Below are positions 17,801 to 27,168 of a DNA stretch of 64,000 nt, piece after piece. The stretch lies in assembly GCA_029821875.1 (NCBI GenBank), contig JALGXW010000027.1, positions 6,175-70,174 on the forward strand, given 5' to 3'. Source of the DNA: Candidatus Hebobacterum abditum. GTDB lineage: Bacteria; Armatimonadota; Hebobacteria; Hebobacterales; Hebobacteraceae. The first letter of the stretch is position 1. Each line of letters starts with the position of its first letter. Both the position numbers and the translations under genes were made by a program. The notes under the pieces are model-generated. The model was not told the origin of the DNA. It was given only the letters and a program-made list of their open reading frames with translations, and did no database searches.

Positions 17801-18655
17801 CTACCTCTTCTCATCCAGCGGACCCACCCCGGAGTAGATCGCGAACCCGCCGTCCACTGCTATCGTGACCCCGTGGAGGAAGCTCCCGGCATCGGAGATG
17901 AGGAGCACGATCGGCCCGAGCAGTTCTTTGGGGTCGCCGAATCGCCCCAACGGCGTGTTCGCAATGATCGAGTGGCCGCGGGGAGTGAGCGTCTTGTCGT
18001 CCTCCTCGAAGAGCAGCCGATGGTTCTGCGTCGTGTCCAGGAATCCCGGCGCGATCTCGTTGACGCGAATGTCAGCCTCCGGGTAGTCGACCTTGACCTG
18101 TACGGCCAGCCACTGCGTGAAGTTGGTCACGGCAGCCTTGGCGTTGGAGTAGCCCGGCACATTCGTGAGCGGCGCAAACGAACACATCGAGGAGGTGTTG
18201 ACGATGATGCCCTTGCCCTGCTTCGCGAAGTACTTGCAGAAGATCTGTGTCGGCAGGAACGTGCCCTTGTAGTTGAGGGCGAAGACCTTGTCCACCTCTT
18301 CGAGAGACAGATCGGTGAAGACACCGTCGCGCGGCACACTCGCCCCCGGCCGATTGCCACCCGCGCCGTTGATGAGAACATCGACGCGGCCGAAGGACTT
18401 GATGATCGTGTCGAGCGCGGGGGCTATGCTATCGGTGTCTAGCACATTGCACGCAACTCCGATCGCCTCGCCTCCCTCAGCCCTGATCCCGTCTGCTGCC
18501 TCCTGCGCCTTGTCGCCGAGCAGATCGAGGAGGGCGAGCTTAGCGCCTCGCGCGGCAAGGCCCCGCGCAATGGCCCCGTAGATCACCCCGGCTGCACCGG
18601 TAATGGCGACCACCTTGCCGGAAACGCTGAATAACGCGTCTTGCTTCTGGTCCAT
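17801..18655 (-). CDS. uxuB: SDR oxidoreductase, D-mannonate oxidoreductase (UxuB)-like
   Basis: VVAITGAAGVIY, LINGAGGN, PLTNVPGYSNAKAAVTNFTQWLAV, IAPGF..TQN..LL; next to eda and kdgK. Confidence 0.75.
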   Translation of the reverse strand: MDQKQDALFSVSGKVVAITGAAGVIYGAIARGLAARGAKLALLDLLGDKAQEAADGIRAEGGEAIGVACNVLDTDSIAPALDTIIKSFGRVDVLINGAGGNRPGASVPRDGVFTDLSLEEVDKVFALNYKGTFLPTQIFCKYFAKQGKGIIVNTSSMCSFAPLTNVPGYSNAKAAVTNFTQWLAVQVKVDYPEADIRVNEIAPGFLDTTQNHRLLFEEDDKTLTPRGHSIIANTPLGRFGDPKELLGPIVLLISDAGSFLHGVTIAVDGGFAIYSGVGPLDEKR

Positions 18656-18686
18656 GTCGTGGTTCCTGGCGCGTGACGGCACGCGC

Positions 18687-19442
18687 TCAGGCCGTCGAAT
18701 ACGGCCTGAAGTTGGCTTTGAAGTCGGCCAGGGATTCGCGAACTGTGTCCAGATCGCCCGGCTTCTTTCGCTTCCCGACCAGTGCGAGGGGGCTGGACAT
18801 GCCGAGCACGGGCGTCCAGCCGCGCTTGCTGATGTGCTCCTGGAATTGAGGGCCGGTTTCGTAGTTGACGCCGCCGGTCGGCATGAGCATGCGTCCGTTG
18901 TGCCGATCGCGTACGTAGGGCGCCAACAACGCTCCGATGCCGCTCGGGCCGTGCACTCCCGCCGGGAACACCTTGATGCAGTCTGGCTCGAGGCCGTCGT
19001 CGCGCTCGATGAAGTACTGAAGCTCGGTCGGCGAGAGGATAGCGGGCGCAGAGAAGACGTCGGCCTCGCGCGCGATGCGCACGAACTCCTTGCCCTCGCC
19101 GTACCCACCCATCACATTCGCCGGCGCGACGACCATGTCGAAGCCCATTTCGATCGCCGCCTCCAGCTCCTTCGGGTTGATGACACTGCCGACGCCGAGC
19201 ACGAAGGGTTTGTCGGACGGCGCCTGTGCACGCCGCTTCCTCAGCCCCTGCATCGCCTCCTTGATGAGAGCGGCATCGATTCGGAAGGTGCACTCGGCGA
19301 CGTAGCCGGCCTGGCAGACCTCCCACATCGTGGTCACGAGGTCCTCCGCCTTCTTCACATGGTCGCGATTCATCACTACAACCACACCGGATGAGCGAAG
19401 GGCTTTCTCTACGCGGCCCCGGTCTCTCTTGTATTCAGGCAT
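18687..19442 (-). CDS. eda: KDPG/KHG aldolase family
   Basis: ECTFR, GVGSV, SPTE, IKVFP (Schiff-base Lys), MPTGGV. Confidence 0.8.
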   Translation of the reverse strand: MPEYKRDRGRVEKALRSSGVVVVMNRDHVKKAEDLVTTMWEVCQAGYVAECTFRIDAALIKEAMQGLRKRRAQAPSDKPFVLGVGSVINPKELEAAIEMGFDMVVAPANVMGGYGEGKEFVRIAREADVFSAPAILSPTELQYFIERDDGLEPDCIKVFPAGVHGPSGIGALLAPYVRDRHNGRMLMPTGGVNYETGPQFQEHISKRGWTPVLGMSSPLALVGKRKKPGDLDTVRESLADFKANFRPYSTA

Positions 19443-19482
19443 CTAGCGTCTACCTCCAGTCGTCCAGCCGTCGCAAGGGGTG

Positions 19483-20610
19483 CTAGCGCAGAGCGCTCAC
19501 GCCGCCGCCCTTGAGCGCGCGCTGGACCTCTTTCTCGACTTCCTTCTGGGTCACCATCGTCGTGTCGCCCGGGGTCTCCTGCACCAGGATGCCGTGCGCC
19601 GCGCCCCACTGCACCGCCGTCGCGGCATCATGTCCTTTCATGAGCGCGGCCGCCACGCCCGACATAAAGGAATCGCCGCCGCCCGTCCGGTCGGCTATCT
19701 CGATGTTCTCTCGCGTCACGGCCAGGTGCATCTTGTCCTCGGCGACCTCATAGAGAACCGCACCCCAGTGGATGCGATCGGCGGTGATGGCCGCTCGAAG
19801 TTGAGTCCCGATAAGCTTCAGGTTCGTGTAGTCCCTCGCGACCTGACGGAGCATCTCCTGGTAGGCGGCAAGCCAGACGTCGAACTCCTCCCTCGGGTGT
19901 ACCTTCTTCGTCTCGTAGCCGAGCGCGTCGAAGAAGTCTCCCTGATTCCCGACCAAGAAGTCAGAGTGCGGCACGATCCCGCGGTTGATGCTGCGGGCCC
20001 TTTCCTTGTCGGGCTCTACCTTGGCGCGGTAGTTCAGGTCGAACGAGCGGAAGACTCCGTGCTCGCCGGCCTTCTGCATTGCTTCGAGGGCCAGCTGGGA
20101 TGACGTCGGTGAGATGAGCGTGTAGATGCCTCCGGTGTGGAACCATCGAACCCCTTCCCCGACGACCGCATCCCAGTCGACATCTCCCGGTTTCAACTCG
20201 CGGACGGGCGCATGCGCGCGGTAGTACTCGGTGACCGAGGGCAGCACGCCCTTCCCGCTCCAGGTGAAGTTGATGCCGTTGTGGAGGGTGCCCTTGGCGT
20301 CGGTCGAGAACCTGCTCCTACCGCCTGTGTCGAACCAGATGATATGAGACGTATCGACTCCGGCCTCCCGTAGCTGGTTCTCTATGTTCCGTCCGATGCC
20401 GTCGTCCACGAGCGCGGTGATGACGGCGGTCCTCAGGCCAAAGCACGCGCTCAGCCCTTCGGCGACATTGGTCTCGCCTCCACCGTGCCAAATGCGGGCG
20501 AAGCGGGCACGGCGCGTGGGGACATCACCCGGATCGATCCGCATCATCACTTCGCCGAGGGCCACCGCGTCGAAGCCGTCTCCCGCCGGCTTGATGCCGA
20601 AATCGCTCAT
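19483..20610 (-). CDS. kdgK: 2-keto-3-deoxygluconate kinase (PfkB family)
   Basis: LGEVMMR, GGGETNVA, WFHTGGI, SFDLNYR, DRTGGGDSF. Confidence 0.85.
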   Translation of the reverse strand: MSDFGIKPAGDGFDAVALGEVMMRIDPGDVPTRRARFARIWHGGGETNVAEGLSACFGLRTAVITALVDDGIGRNIENQLREAGVDTSHIIWFDTGGRSRFSTDAKGTLHNGINFTWSGKGVLPSVTEYYRAHAPVRELKPGDVDWDAVVGEGVRWFHTGGIYTLISPTSSQLALEAMQKAGEHGVFRSFDLNYRAKVEPDKERARSINRGIVPHSDFLVGNQGDFFDALGYETKKVHPREEFDVWLAAYQEMLRQVARDYTNLKLIGTQLRAAITADRIHWGAVLYEVAEDKMHLAVTRENIEIADRTGGGDSFMSGVAAALMKGHDAATAVQWGAAHGILVQETPGDTTMVTQKEVEKEVQRALKGGGVSALR

Positions 20611-20927
20611 GGCCTCCTCCTCCAAGAAGCGCACGCAGCTTTGCGCTGGTCACACTTCTCCCATTGGCGAGGATAGTCCTCCAGTTCGGCCGCGGGCCGA
20701 AAGCGTGACGAGGCTCGGCCGAACAGGCCGGAGGATGTCGGCACGCGCCGCCGGAACGCCGGGGCGTCGATGGGGGGAGCGGGAGCTGGGACGTCGAAGA
20801 CCCGGGTGGGAGATAAGGTGTCCCCTGGAGGACGCCAGGTGCCAAGAGAGAGGCGCCCGGCGCATCAGCCTTTCCGCAGCCTTGGGCGCGCTCTCCTCTG
20901 TGCCTATGGGAGGAGTAGGCGGCAAAC

Positions 20928-23585
20928 ATGACCAGCCGCGATGATGACCCGCGGCTATCGGTAGCGATAGCCGGCGTCACCTTCAAGAACCCGTTCTTCT
21001 TGGCATCCGGGCCGACCACCCATTCCGCCGACCAGCTCGAGCGGGGCTGTGAGCTTGGCTGGTCGGGCGCGTCGATCAAGCTCACCTTCGACCCAGCACC
21101 CTACATCAACAGAGAGCCTCGCTACGCCTACTTCGATCCGGCCGGACTGTTCGCGTTCACCGCCGAAAAGCGGATAGACCTCGGCCAGGCCGTGGACCTC
21201 GTGGAGGAGTCGCGCCGCCGAGTTGCATCCGACTTCGTGATCATGGCGAACTACTCCTATGTCGGTGACAAGGGCGTCGAGGGCTGGGTCGATATGGCGC
21301 GCGCCTTCGAGCAGGCCGGGTGCGACGTGCTCGAAGTCAACATGGGCTGCCCCAACATGTCGTTCAACGTCGCCCTGACCGGCGACGCACACGAGGGCGG
21401 CCCAGAGAGCGGGGCCTCGATGGGTACGGAGCCCGAGCTCGTGGGCGAGGTCGTCGAGGCAACCGTCAAGGCTGTGTCGATCCCTGTCTTCGTGAAGCTG
21501 ACGCCAGAGGGTGGTCGGCTGGGAGAGGTCTCCCAGGCATGCTATGCGGCCGGTGCGGCCGCCACCGGTTCGAATGCGAACCGCCTCGCATTCGCGCCCG
21601 TTGACATATGGAACCCGAGGCAATCTGTCATCCACCTTCAGGAACAGGTGTCGCTCACCTGCATGTCGGGCCCCTGGTGCAAGCCGCTGGCTCTGCGCGA
21701 CATCTTCGAGATCCGGAAGCGAAACGGGCCCGGCGTCCGCGCCACCGCCACCGGCGGATGCGAGACCTGGCAGGACGCGGTGGAGATGGCCTTCTTCGGG
21801 GCCGATCTGGTCGGAGTGTGCACCGCCGTGCTGGTGCATGGCTACGAGATCGTGAAGGGCCTGAAAGAGGGCGTCCTCCGCTACATGGATCGGATGAGCT
21901 TCGACAGATGGGAGGACATGCGCGACCTGCTGGTCAACGAGGTCACGTCATCTGAGAGGCTGACGCTCTACCCGGGTCACGCGCGCATCAAGGACACCGG
22001 CCTGGCCGCGCCGTGCAAGTTCGCCTGCCCGAACCAGGTGCCCGCTCAGGGATACGTTCGGAAGGTGGCCGAGAGGGACTTCCGGGAGGCCTATCGCCTT
22101 ATCACCTCGCGCGACCCCCTACAGTCCGTCTGCGGGTACATCTGCGCGCATCCCTGCGAGGCGACCTGCATCCGCGGCGACGTGGATGATCCAATCCGGA
22201 TTCGGGGCATCAAGCGTTTCGTGCTCGAGTACGCCGACCAGAAGGGCTGGCAGCCCGAGGTTGACAGGCTTCCCTCTTCGGGGAAGAAGGTGGCCGTTGT
22301 AGGAGCCGGTCCTGCGGGGATCGCTTCCGCGTGGGATCTCGCGAGGGCAGGGCACGAGGTAAGTGCCTTCGAGGCCGAGCAGAAGCCTGGCGGCATGCTT
22401 CGCTATGGGATTCCCGCCTTCCGGCTGCCGGAGGCGATCCTGGAGAAGGAGATCGCGGCCCTCGAGGGGGTCGGCGTGAAGATCGAGTGCACGAAGCGGC
22501 TCGGCAAGGACTTCGCGCTGTCGGATCTGAGGTCACAGGGCTTCGACGCCATCTTCCTGGGCCCGGGCGCGCAGGCGGGCAGACCGCTGGATGTCCCCGG
22601 CGAGAACGCGGAGGGAGTCGTATCCGCCGTCGAGTTCCTGCGCGCCGTTCGAAGAGAGGGGACAGCTCCGGTCGGAAGGCGCGTGGCCGTTGTCGGTGGT
22701 GGCTATACGGCGGTCGACGCGGCCCGCACCGCGATCCGCCTTGGCGCTGACGAGGTATTCCTCTGCTACCGCAGGACCAGGGACGAGATGCCGGCAATCC
22801 CGGAGGAGGTGTGGGAGGCGGAGGAAGAGGGGGCGCGGGTCATCTACCTCGTGGCGCCCCTCGAAGTCGTGAATGAGGGGAACCGGGCCACAGGGCTGCG
22901 GATGATCGTGCAGACGCTCGGCGAGCCGGATACCTCGGGGAGGCGCCGGCCCGACGCGGTGTCCGAGGCCGAGTTCGCGCTGCCATGCGACATGATCATC
23001 AACGCCGTCGGCCAAATCGTCGCCGAGAAGACCGAAGGCCTGGCCGTCGCGCCTGATGGCACACTGGCCTGTGACCCCGAGACAGGCGGGACCGCGATCG
23101 ACGGGGTCTTCGTCGGCGGCGACGCGGCGACCGGGACCGATAGCGTGATAGCGGCCGTAGCCTCGGGGCGTCGAGCGGCCATTTCGATCGATCGATTCCT
23201 CTCCGGCGAGAATGCACTTCTGACGTACGATCCTGTGCTGACCGAGGTGGCGCGCGAGCAAGTGCTGGCGCGGGAGCGCGGTGCGCAGCGTGAGCTGAGG
23301 GTGCCGACGTCGATGCGGCCCGCTGGTGAGCGCAAGCGCGACTTCGAGCTGTGCACCTCGACCATGACGGACGAGGAAGCCGTTCGGGAGGCGAACCGCT
23401 GCCTGAGCTGCGGCTGTGGTGCCGGGTGCGGCCTGTGTGCGCGCATATGCTCGAACTTCGCTGTGAACGGCGAGACGGCGGACGGCTTCGCCATCGACGA
23501 AGAGAAGTGTGTGGCGTGCGGAATGTGCTTCCGCCGCTGCCCGAATCAGAACATCGAGATGGTGCGGTTGAAGGGCACCATCTGA
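20928..23585 (+). CDS. Fused dihydropyrimidine-dehydrogenase-like flavoprotein (PreA-like FMN barrel, PreT/GltD-like FAD/NADPH domain, ferredoxin domain)
   Basis: NPFFLASGP, EVNMGCPN, FVKLTP, SGP..KPLAL; APCKFACP, CGYICAHPCEATCIR, VGAGPAG, GGGYTAVD; C-terminal CxxCxxC clusters. Confidence 0.85.
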   Translation: MTSRDDDPRLSVAIAGVTFKNPFFLASGPTTHSADQLERGCELGWSGASIKLTFDPAPYINREPRYAYFDPAGLFAFTAEKRIDLGQAVDLVEESRRRVASDFVIMANYSYVGDKGVEGWVDMARAFEQAGCDVLEVNMGCPNMSFNVALTGDAHEGGPESGASMGTEPELVGEVVEATVKAVSIPVFVKLTPEGGRLGEVSQACYAAGAAATGSNANRLAFAPVDIWNPRQSVIHLQEQVSLTCMSGPWCKPLALRDIFEIRKRNGPGVRATATGGCETWQDAVEMAFFGADLVGVCTAVLVHGYEIVKGLKEGVLRYMDRMSFDRWEDMRDLLVNEVTSSERLTLYPGHARIKDTGLAAPCKFACPNQVPAQGYVRKVAERDFREAYRLITSRDPLQSVCGYICAHPCEATCIRGDVDDPIRIRGIKRFVLEYADQKGWQPEVDRLPSSGKKVAVVGAGPAGIASAWDLARAGHEVSAFEAEQKPGGMLRYGIPAFRLPEAILEKEIAALEGVGVKIECTKRLGKDFALSDLRSQGFDAIFLGPGAQAGRPLDVPGENAEGVVSAVEFLRAVRREGTAPVGRRVAVVGGGYTAVDAARTAIRLGADEVFLCYRRTRDEMPAIPEEVWEAEEEGARVIYLVAPLEVVNEGNRATGLRMIVQTLGEPDTSGRRRPDAVSEAEFALPCDMIINAVGQIVAEKTEGLAVAPDGTLACDPETGGTAIDGVFVGGDAATGTDSVIAAVASGRRAAISIDRFLSGENALLTYDPVLTEVAREQVLARERGAQRELRVPTSMRPAGERKRDFELCTSTMTDEEAVREANRCLSCGCGAGCGLCARICSNFAVNGETADGFAIDEEKCVACGMCFRRCPNQNIEMVRLKGTI

Positions 23586-23616
23586 AGTCTGCGGCCGTGG
23601 GAGGGAAGTCAGGTAG

Positions 23617-24585
23617 ATGAAGGTCCTCATAACCGCTACTTCCTTCAGCGAAGTTACGAAGGAGCCCGAGGAGCGACTGATCAAAGCGGGTTACGAGATC
23701 GCCCACAATCCCTACGGGCGGCCGATGACTGCGGAGGAGATGGCACCACTACTGGAGGGCGTCGACGGCTGTGCGGCCGGCGTGGATGACTTCTCCGCTG
23801 CAGCCTTCGCGAGGGCAGATCGGTTGAAGGTGGTCGCCCGCCACGGCGCAGGCATCGACCAGGTGGACATCGCCGAATGTACGAGGCGCGGGATAGTTGT
23901 TGCGAATCTCCCGGGCGCGAATGCAGAGGCCGTGGCCGACATGACGCTGGCACTCATGCTAGCCGTCGCTCGACACATCCCGGAGGGCGACCGCACCACG
24001 AAGGCTGGACAGTGGGTCAACACCTACGGCGTGGATCTGTTCGAAGCGACAGTCGGGATACTCGGGCTGGGGCGTATCGGCAAGGGGGTCGCAAAGCGAT
24101 GCCTTGGGTTCGACGCTCGAGTACTGGCCTACGATCCCTACTTCGATCAGACGTTCGCGGCCCAGCACGCGATAGACCGTGCCGACTCGCTGGAGCAGGT
24201 CATGAAGGAGGCGGACTTCGTCTGCCTCCACATGCCGGTGACCGAGGAGACGCGGCGCATCATCGATGCCGAGAAGATCGGGCTCATGAAGATGACCGCC
24301 ATCCTGGTGAACACGGCGCGGGGCGCGCTTGTGGACGAGGATGCCCTCGCAGACGCGCTGGAGGAGGGCCGCATCTTCGGCGCGGGCATGGACGTCTACG
24401 CTACTGAGCCGCCCGCCGACAGCCGTTTGCTGAACTGCGAGCGGACCGTCACCATGCCGCACGTGTCGTCCAACACCCCCGGCGCGCTGCTGGCGATGGG
24501 CAACGGGGTGGTCGACGCCATCATGGCCGTTTTCAATGGGGAGCGGCCGGAGAGTGTGGTCAACCCCGAGGTCTACGAGAAGTAG
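23617..24585 (+). CDS. D-isomer-specific 2-hydroxyacid dehydrogenase (SerA-like, no ACT domain)
   Basis: GILGLGRIG, VNTARG, DVYATEP, MPH. Confidence 0.9.
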   Translation: MKVLITATSFSEVTKEPEERLIKAGYEIAHNPYGRPMTAEEMAPLLEGVDGCAAGVDDFSAAAFARADRLKVVARHGAGIDQVDIAECTRRGIVVANLPGANAEAVADMTLALMLAVARHIPEGDRTTKAGQWVNTYGVDLFEATVGILGLGRIGKGVAKRCLGFDARVLAYDPYFDQTFAAQHAIDRADSLEQVMKEADFVCLHMPVTEETRRIIDAEKIGLMKMTAILVNTARGALVDEDALADALEEGRIFGAGMDVYATEPPADSRLLNCERTVTMPHVSSNTPGALLAMGNGVVDAIMAVFNGERPESVVNPEVYEK

Positions 24586-24650
24586 GCTTCGATCCCGCGG
24601 CGGCGCAGGTCGTCCGCGGTCGACACGTGTTCCGAGGAGGAGCATGCGCT

Positions 24651-25853
24651 ATGGCGCCAGTTCGCGTTGGCCTTGTTGGCTGCGGATTCTCCGCCAGTCT
24701 TCACATCGAGGGATACAAGAAGCTCCCGCCTGAGCAGTGCCAGGTGGTGGCCGTCTGCGGCGTCCCCAAGCAGATGGCCGAGGACTTCGCGGATGAGCAT
24801 GACATTCCGGCGGCCTACGGGAGCATGGAGGAGCTGCTGGAGAAAGCGGAGGTCGACGCCGTCGATCTCGCCGTGCCCAATCATCTTCATGCGCCCTTCA
24901 TCATCGCGGCGGCCGAGGCCGGCAAGCACTGCCTCTGCGAGAAGCCGCTGACCGGCTACTTCGGCGGACCCGATACGAAGGATGACGAGCTCATCGGCAG
25001 GGCGGTGCCAAAGAGCACGATGTTGGAAGAAGCGAAGCGCGAAGTTGAGCGCGTCATAAAGGCCATCGAATCTGCCGGCATCAAGTTTGGCTACGCGGAG
25101 AACTGGCTCTATGCTCCCTCCTACGTGAAGCTGTGGAATCTGGCGAAGGCGGCCGGCGGCACGATCCTGCGCATCGAGGCCGAGGAGTCCCATTCGGGTT
25201 CACACGCGGAATACGCGAAGCGATGGCGGTCCTCCGGCGGGGGCTCTCTTATGGTGAAGGGCTCGCATCCGCTCGGCGCGGCCCTGCAGCTCAAGTGGTG
25301 GGAGGGGGAGGAGAAGTTCGGCAAGCCAATACGGGCGGCCTCGGTCGTTTGCGAGGTCGGGAACCTCACGTGGATCGATTCCTTTACGAAGGAGCCGACC
25401 CACTATGTCCGCACCGGCTGGCAGGACGTCGAGGACTGGGGCATCATCGTCGTCAGGTTCGAGGACGGGTCCGTGGCCGAAGTCAAGGCCGGGGACACGA
25501 CCCTGGGCGGAGTCCACAACTACCTTGAGGCCTACCTGTCCAACGCACGTCTGAGGGCCAACATCAACCCGAACGATTCCTGCGTGGCCTATGCGCCCGA
25601 GGGGACGATCTTCGAGCCCGAATACATCAGCGAGAAGATAGAGACGAAGGGCGGCTGGACGTTTCCGTCGCCGGACGAGGACTGGCACCAGGGCTATCCG
25701 CAGGAGATCGCGGACTTCGTGGCCGCGATCAGAGAGGACAGGCAGCCGATCTCGGGCGCCGCTCTGGCCCGCGAGGTCACCCTTGTGCTCTACGCGGCCT
25801 ATGTGAGCGCGGAGGAGGGGCGGCGCGTCGACCTCGGCCCGATTCTTGCATGA
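24651..25853 (+). CDS. Gfo/Idh/MocA oxidoreductase (copy 1)
   Basis: VGLVGCG, AVPNHLH, CEKP, YAENW. Confidence 0.9.
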   Translation: MAPVRVGLVGCGFSASLHIEGYKKLPPEQCQVVAVCGVPKQMAEDFADEHDIPAAYGSMEELLEKAEVDAVDLAVPNHLHAPFIIAAAEAGKHCLCEKPLTGYFGGPDTKDDELIGRAVPKSTMLEEAKREVERVIKAIESAGIKFGYAENWLYAPSYVKLWNLAKAAGGTILRIEAEESHSGSHAEYAKRWRSSGGGSLMVKGSHPLGAALQLKWWEGEEKFGKPIRAASVVCEVGNLTWIDSFTKEPTHYVRTGWQDVEDWGIIVVRFEDGSVAEVKAGDTTLGGVHNYLEAYLSNARLRANINPNDSCVAYAPEGTIFEPEYISEKIETKGGWTFPSPDEDWHQGYPQEIADFVAAIREDRQPISGAALAREVTLVLYAAYVSAEEGRRVDLGPILA

Positions 25854-25889
25854 CGGCGCTGTCGGCTCGGGCGGATCGGAGGTGCTCGA

Positions 25890-27092
25890 ATGGCGAAAGT
25901 GAGGATTGGCCTGGTCGGCTACGGGAACGCCGCGCAATTCCACATGCGGGCATGGCGCCAGCTTGGTGCTGAGGTCGCCGAGGTATCCGCCGTCTGTGGG
26001 CGCTCGGCGGAGCGGGCCTCCGCCTTCGCGCAGGAGTACGGGATCCCAGAGCACTTCGGCACGATGGTGGAGATGCTGTCCGCGGCCGAGGTGGACGCCG
26101 TAGACCTCGCCGTCCCGAATCACGTTCACGCTTCCCTCTCCGTGGAGGCGGCGAAGGCCGGCAAGGACATCATCTGTGAGAAACACCTGACTGGTTACTT
26201 CGGCGAGCCCGATTCTTCGGAAGAGGAGCTGATCGGCAAGACGGTACCGAAACGCGATATGCTTGAGCGGGTGAAACAGGAATGCGATACCATCGGGCGT
26301 GCCGTCCAAGAGGCCGACGTCAAGTTCTGCTACGCAGAGAATTGGGTCTACGCGCCTGCCTTTGCGAAGCTCCGACGCCTGGCCGATGCGGCGGGCGGCA
26401 CCATCATGCGCATCCAGGCGGAGGAGTCGCATTCGGGCTCTCCGTCCGTCTACGCGAAGCAATGGCGTACGTCCGGCGGTGGTTCGCTCGTGCTGAAGGG
26501 CTCGCATCCCCTTGGCGCGGTTCTGCAGCTGAAGCAGTGGGAGGGGGAGAAGAAGTTCGGTCGGCCGATCCGCCCGGCCTCGGTGGTGTGCGAGGTGGGG
26601 AACCTGACCTGGATTGAGTCCCTCAAGCAGGAGCAGGAGCATTACATCAAGATGGACTGGAAGGACGTCGAGGACTGGGGCCTGATGATCCTCAAGTTCG
26701 ACGACGGATCGGTTGCGGAGATCACCGCCGGTGACACAACCCTGGGTGGCGTACACAACTACCTAGAGGCCTACCTGTCGAACGCCCGAATCCGCGCCAA
26801 CATAAACCCCAACGACGCCTGTGTCGCCTATGCACCCGCGCCCGAGGTCTTTGGGGACGAGTATATCACGGAGAAGATCGAGACCAAGGGTGGGTGGACG
26901 TTCCCCTCGCCAGAGGAGGACTGGAACCAGGGCTACCCGCAGGAGATGGCGGACTTCGCCGCCGCCATCTCCGAGGACCGGGAGCCGGTTTCGGGGTTCA
27001 TGCTTGCGCGCGATGTTGCTCTGGTCCTATACTCTGCTTACGTGAGCGCTGAGGAAGGGCGTCGGGTCGATCTCACCCCCGTACTCGCCTGA
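25890..27092 (+). CDS. Gfo/Idh/MocA oxidoreductase (copy 2, tandem paralog)
   Basis: IGLVGYG, AVPNHVH, CEKH; long blocks identical to copy 1. Confidence 0.9.
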   Translation: MAKVRIGLVGYGNAAQFHMRAWRQLGAEVAEVSAVCGRSAERASAFAQEYGIPEHFGTMVEMLSAAEVDAVDLAVPNHVHASLSVEAAKAGKDIICEKHLTGYFGEPDSSEEELIGKTVPKRDMLERVKQECDTIGRAVQEADVKFCYAENWVYAPAFAKLRRLADAAGGTIMRIQAEESHSGSPSVYAKQWRTSGGGSLVLKGSHPLGAVLQLKQWEGEKKFGRPIRPASVVCEVGNLTWIESLKQEQEHYIKMDWKDVEDWGLMILKFDDGSVAEITAGDTTLGGVHNYLEAYLSNARIRANINPNDACVAYAPAPEVFGDEYITEKIETKGGWTFPSPEEDWNQGYPQEMADFAAAISEDREPVSGFMLARDVALVLYSAYVSAEEGRRVDLTPVLA

Positions 27093-27168
27093 CACCCAGC
27101 CGGCGGCCGCCCAGGCGCGGCCTGAAGGGAAGTCCGGCAGTGGCGGAGTCGCAGTTCGCGGCCTGCGG

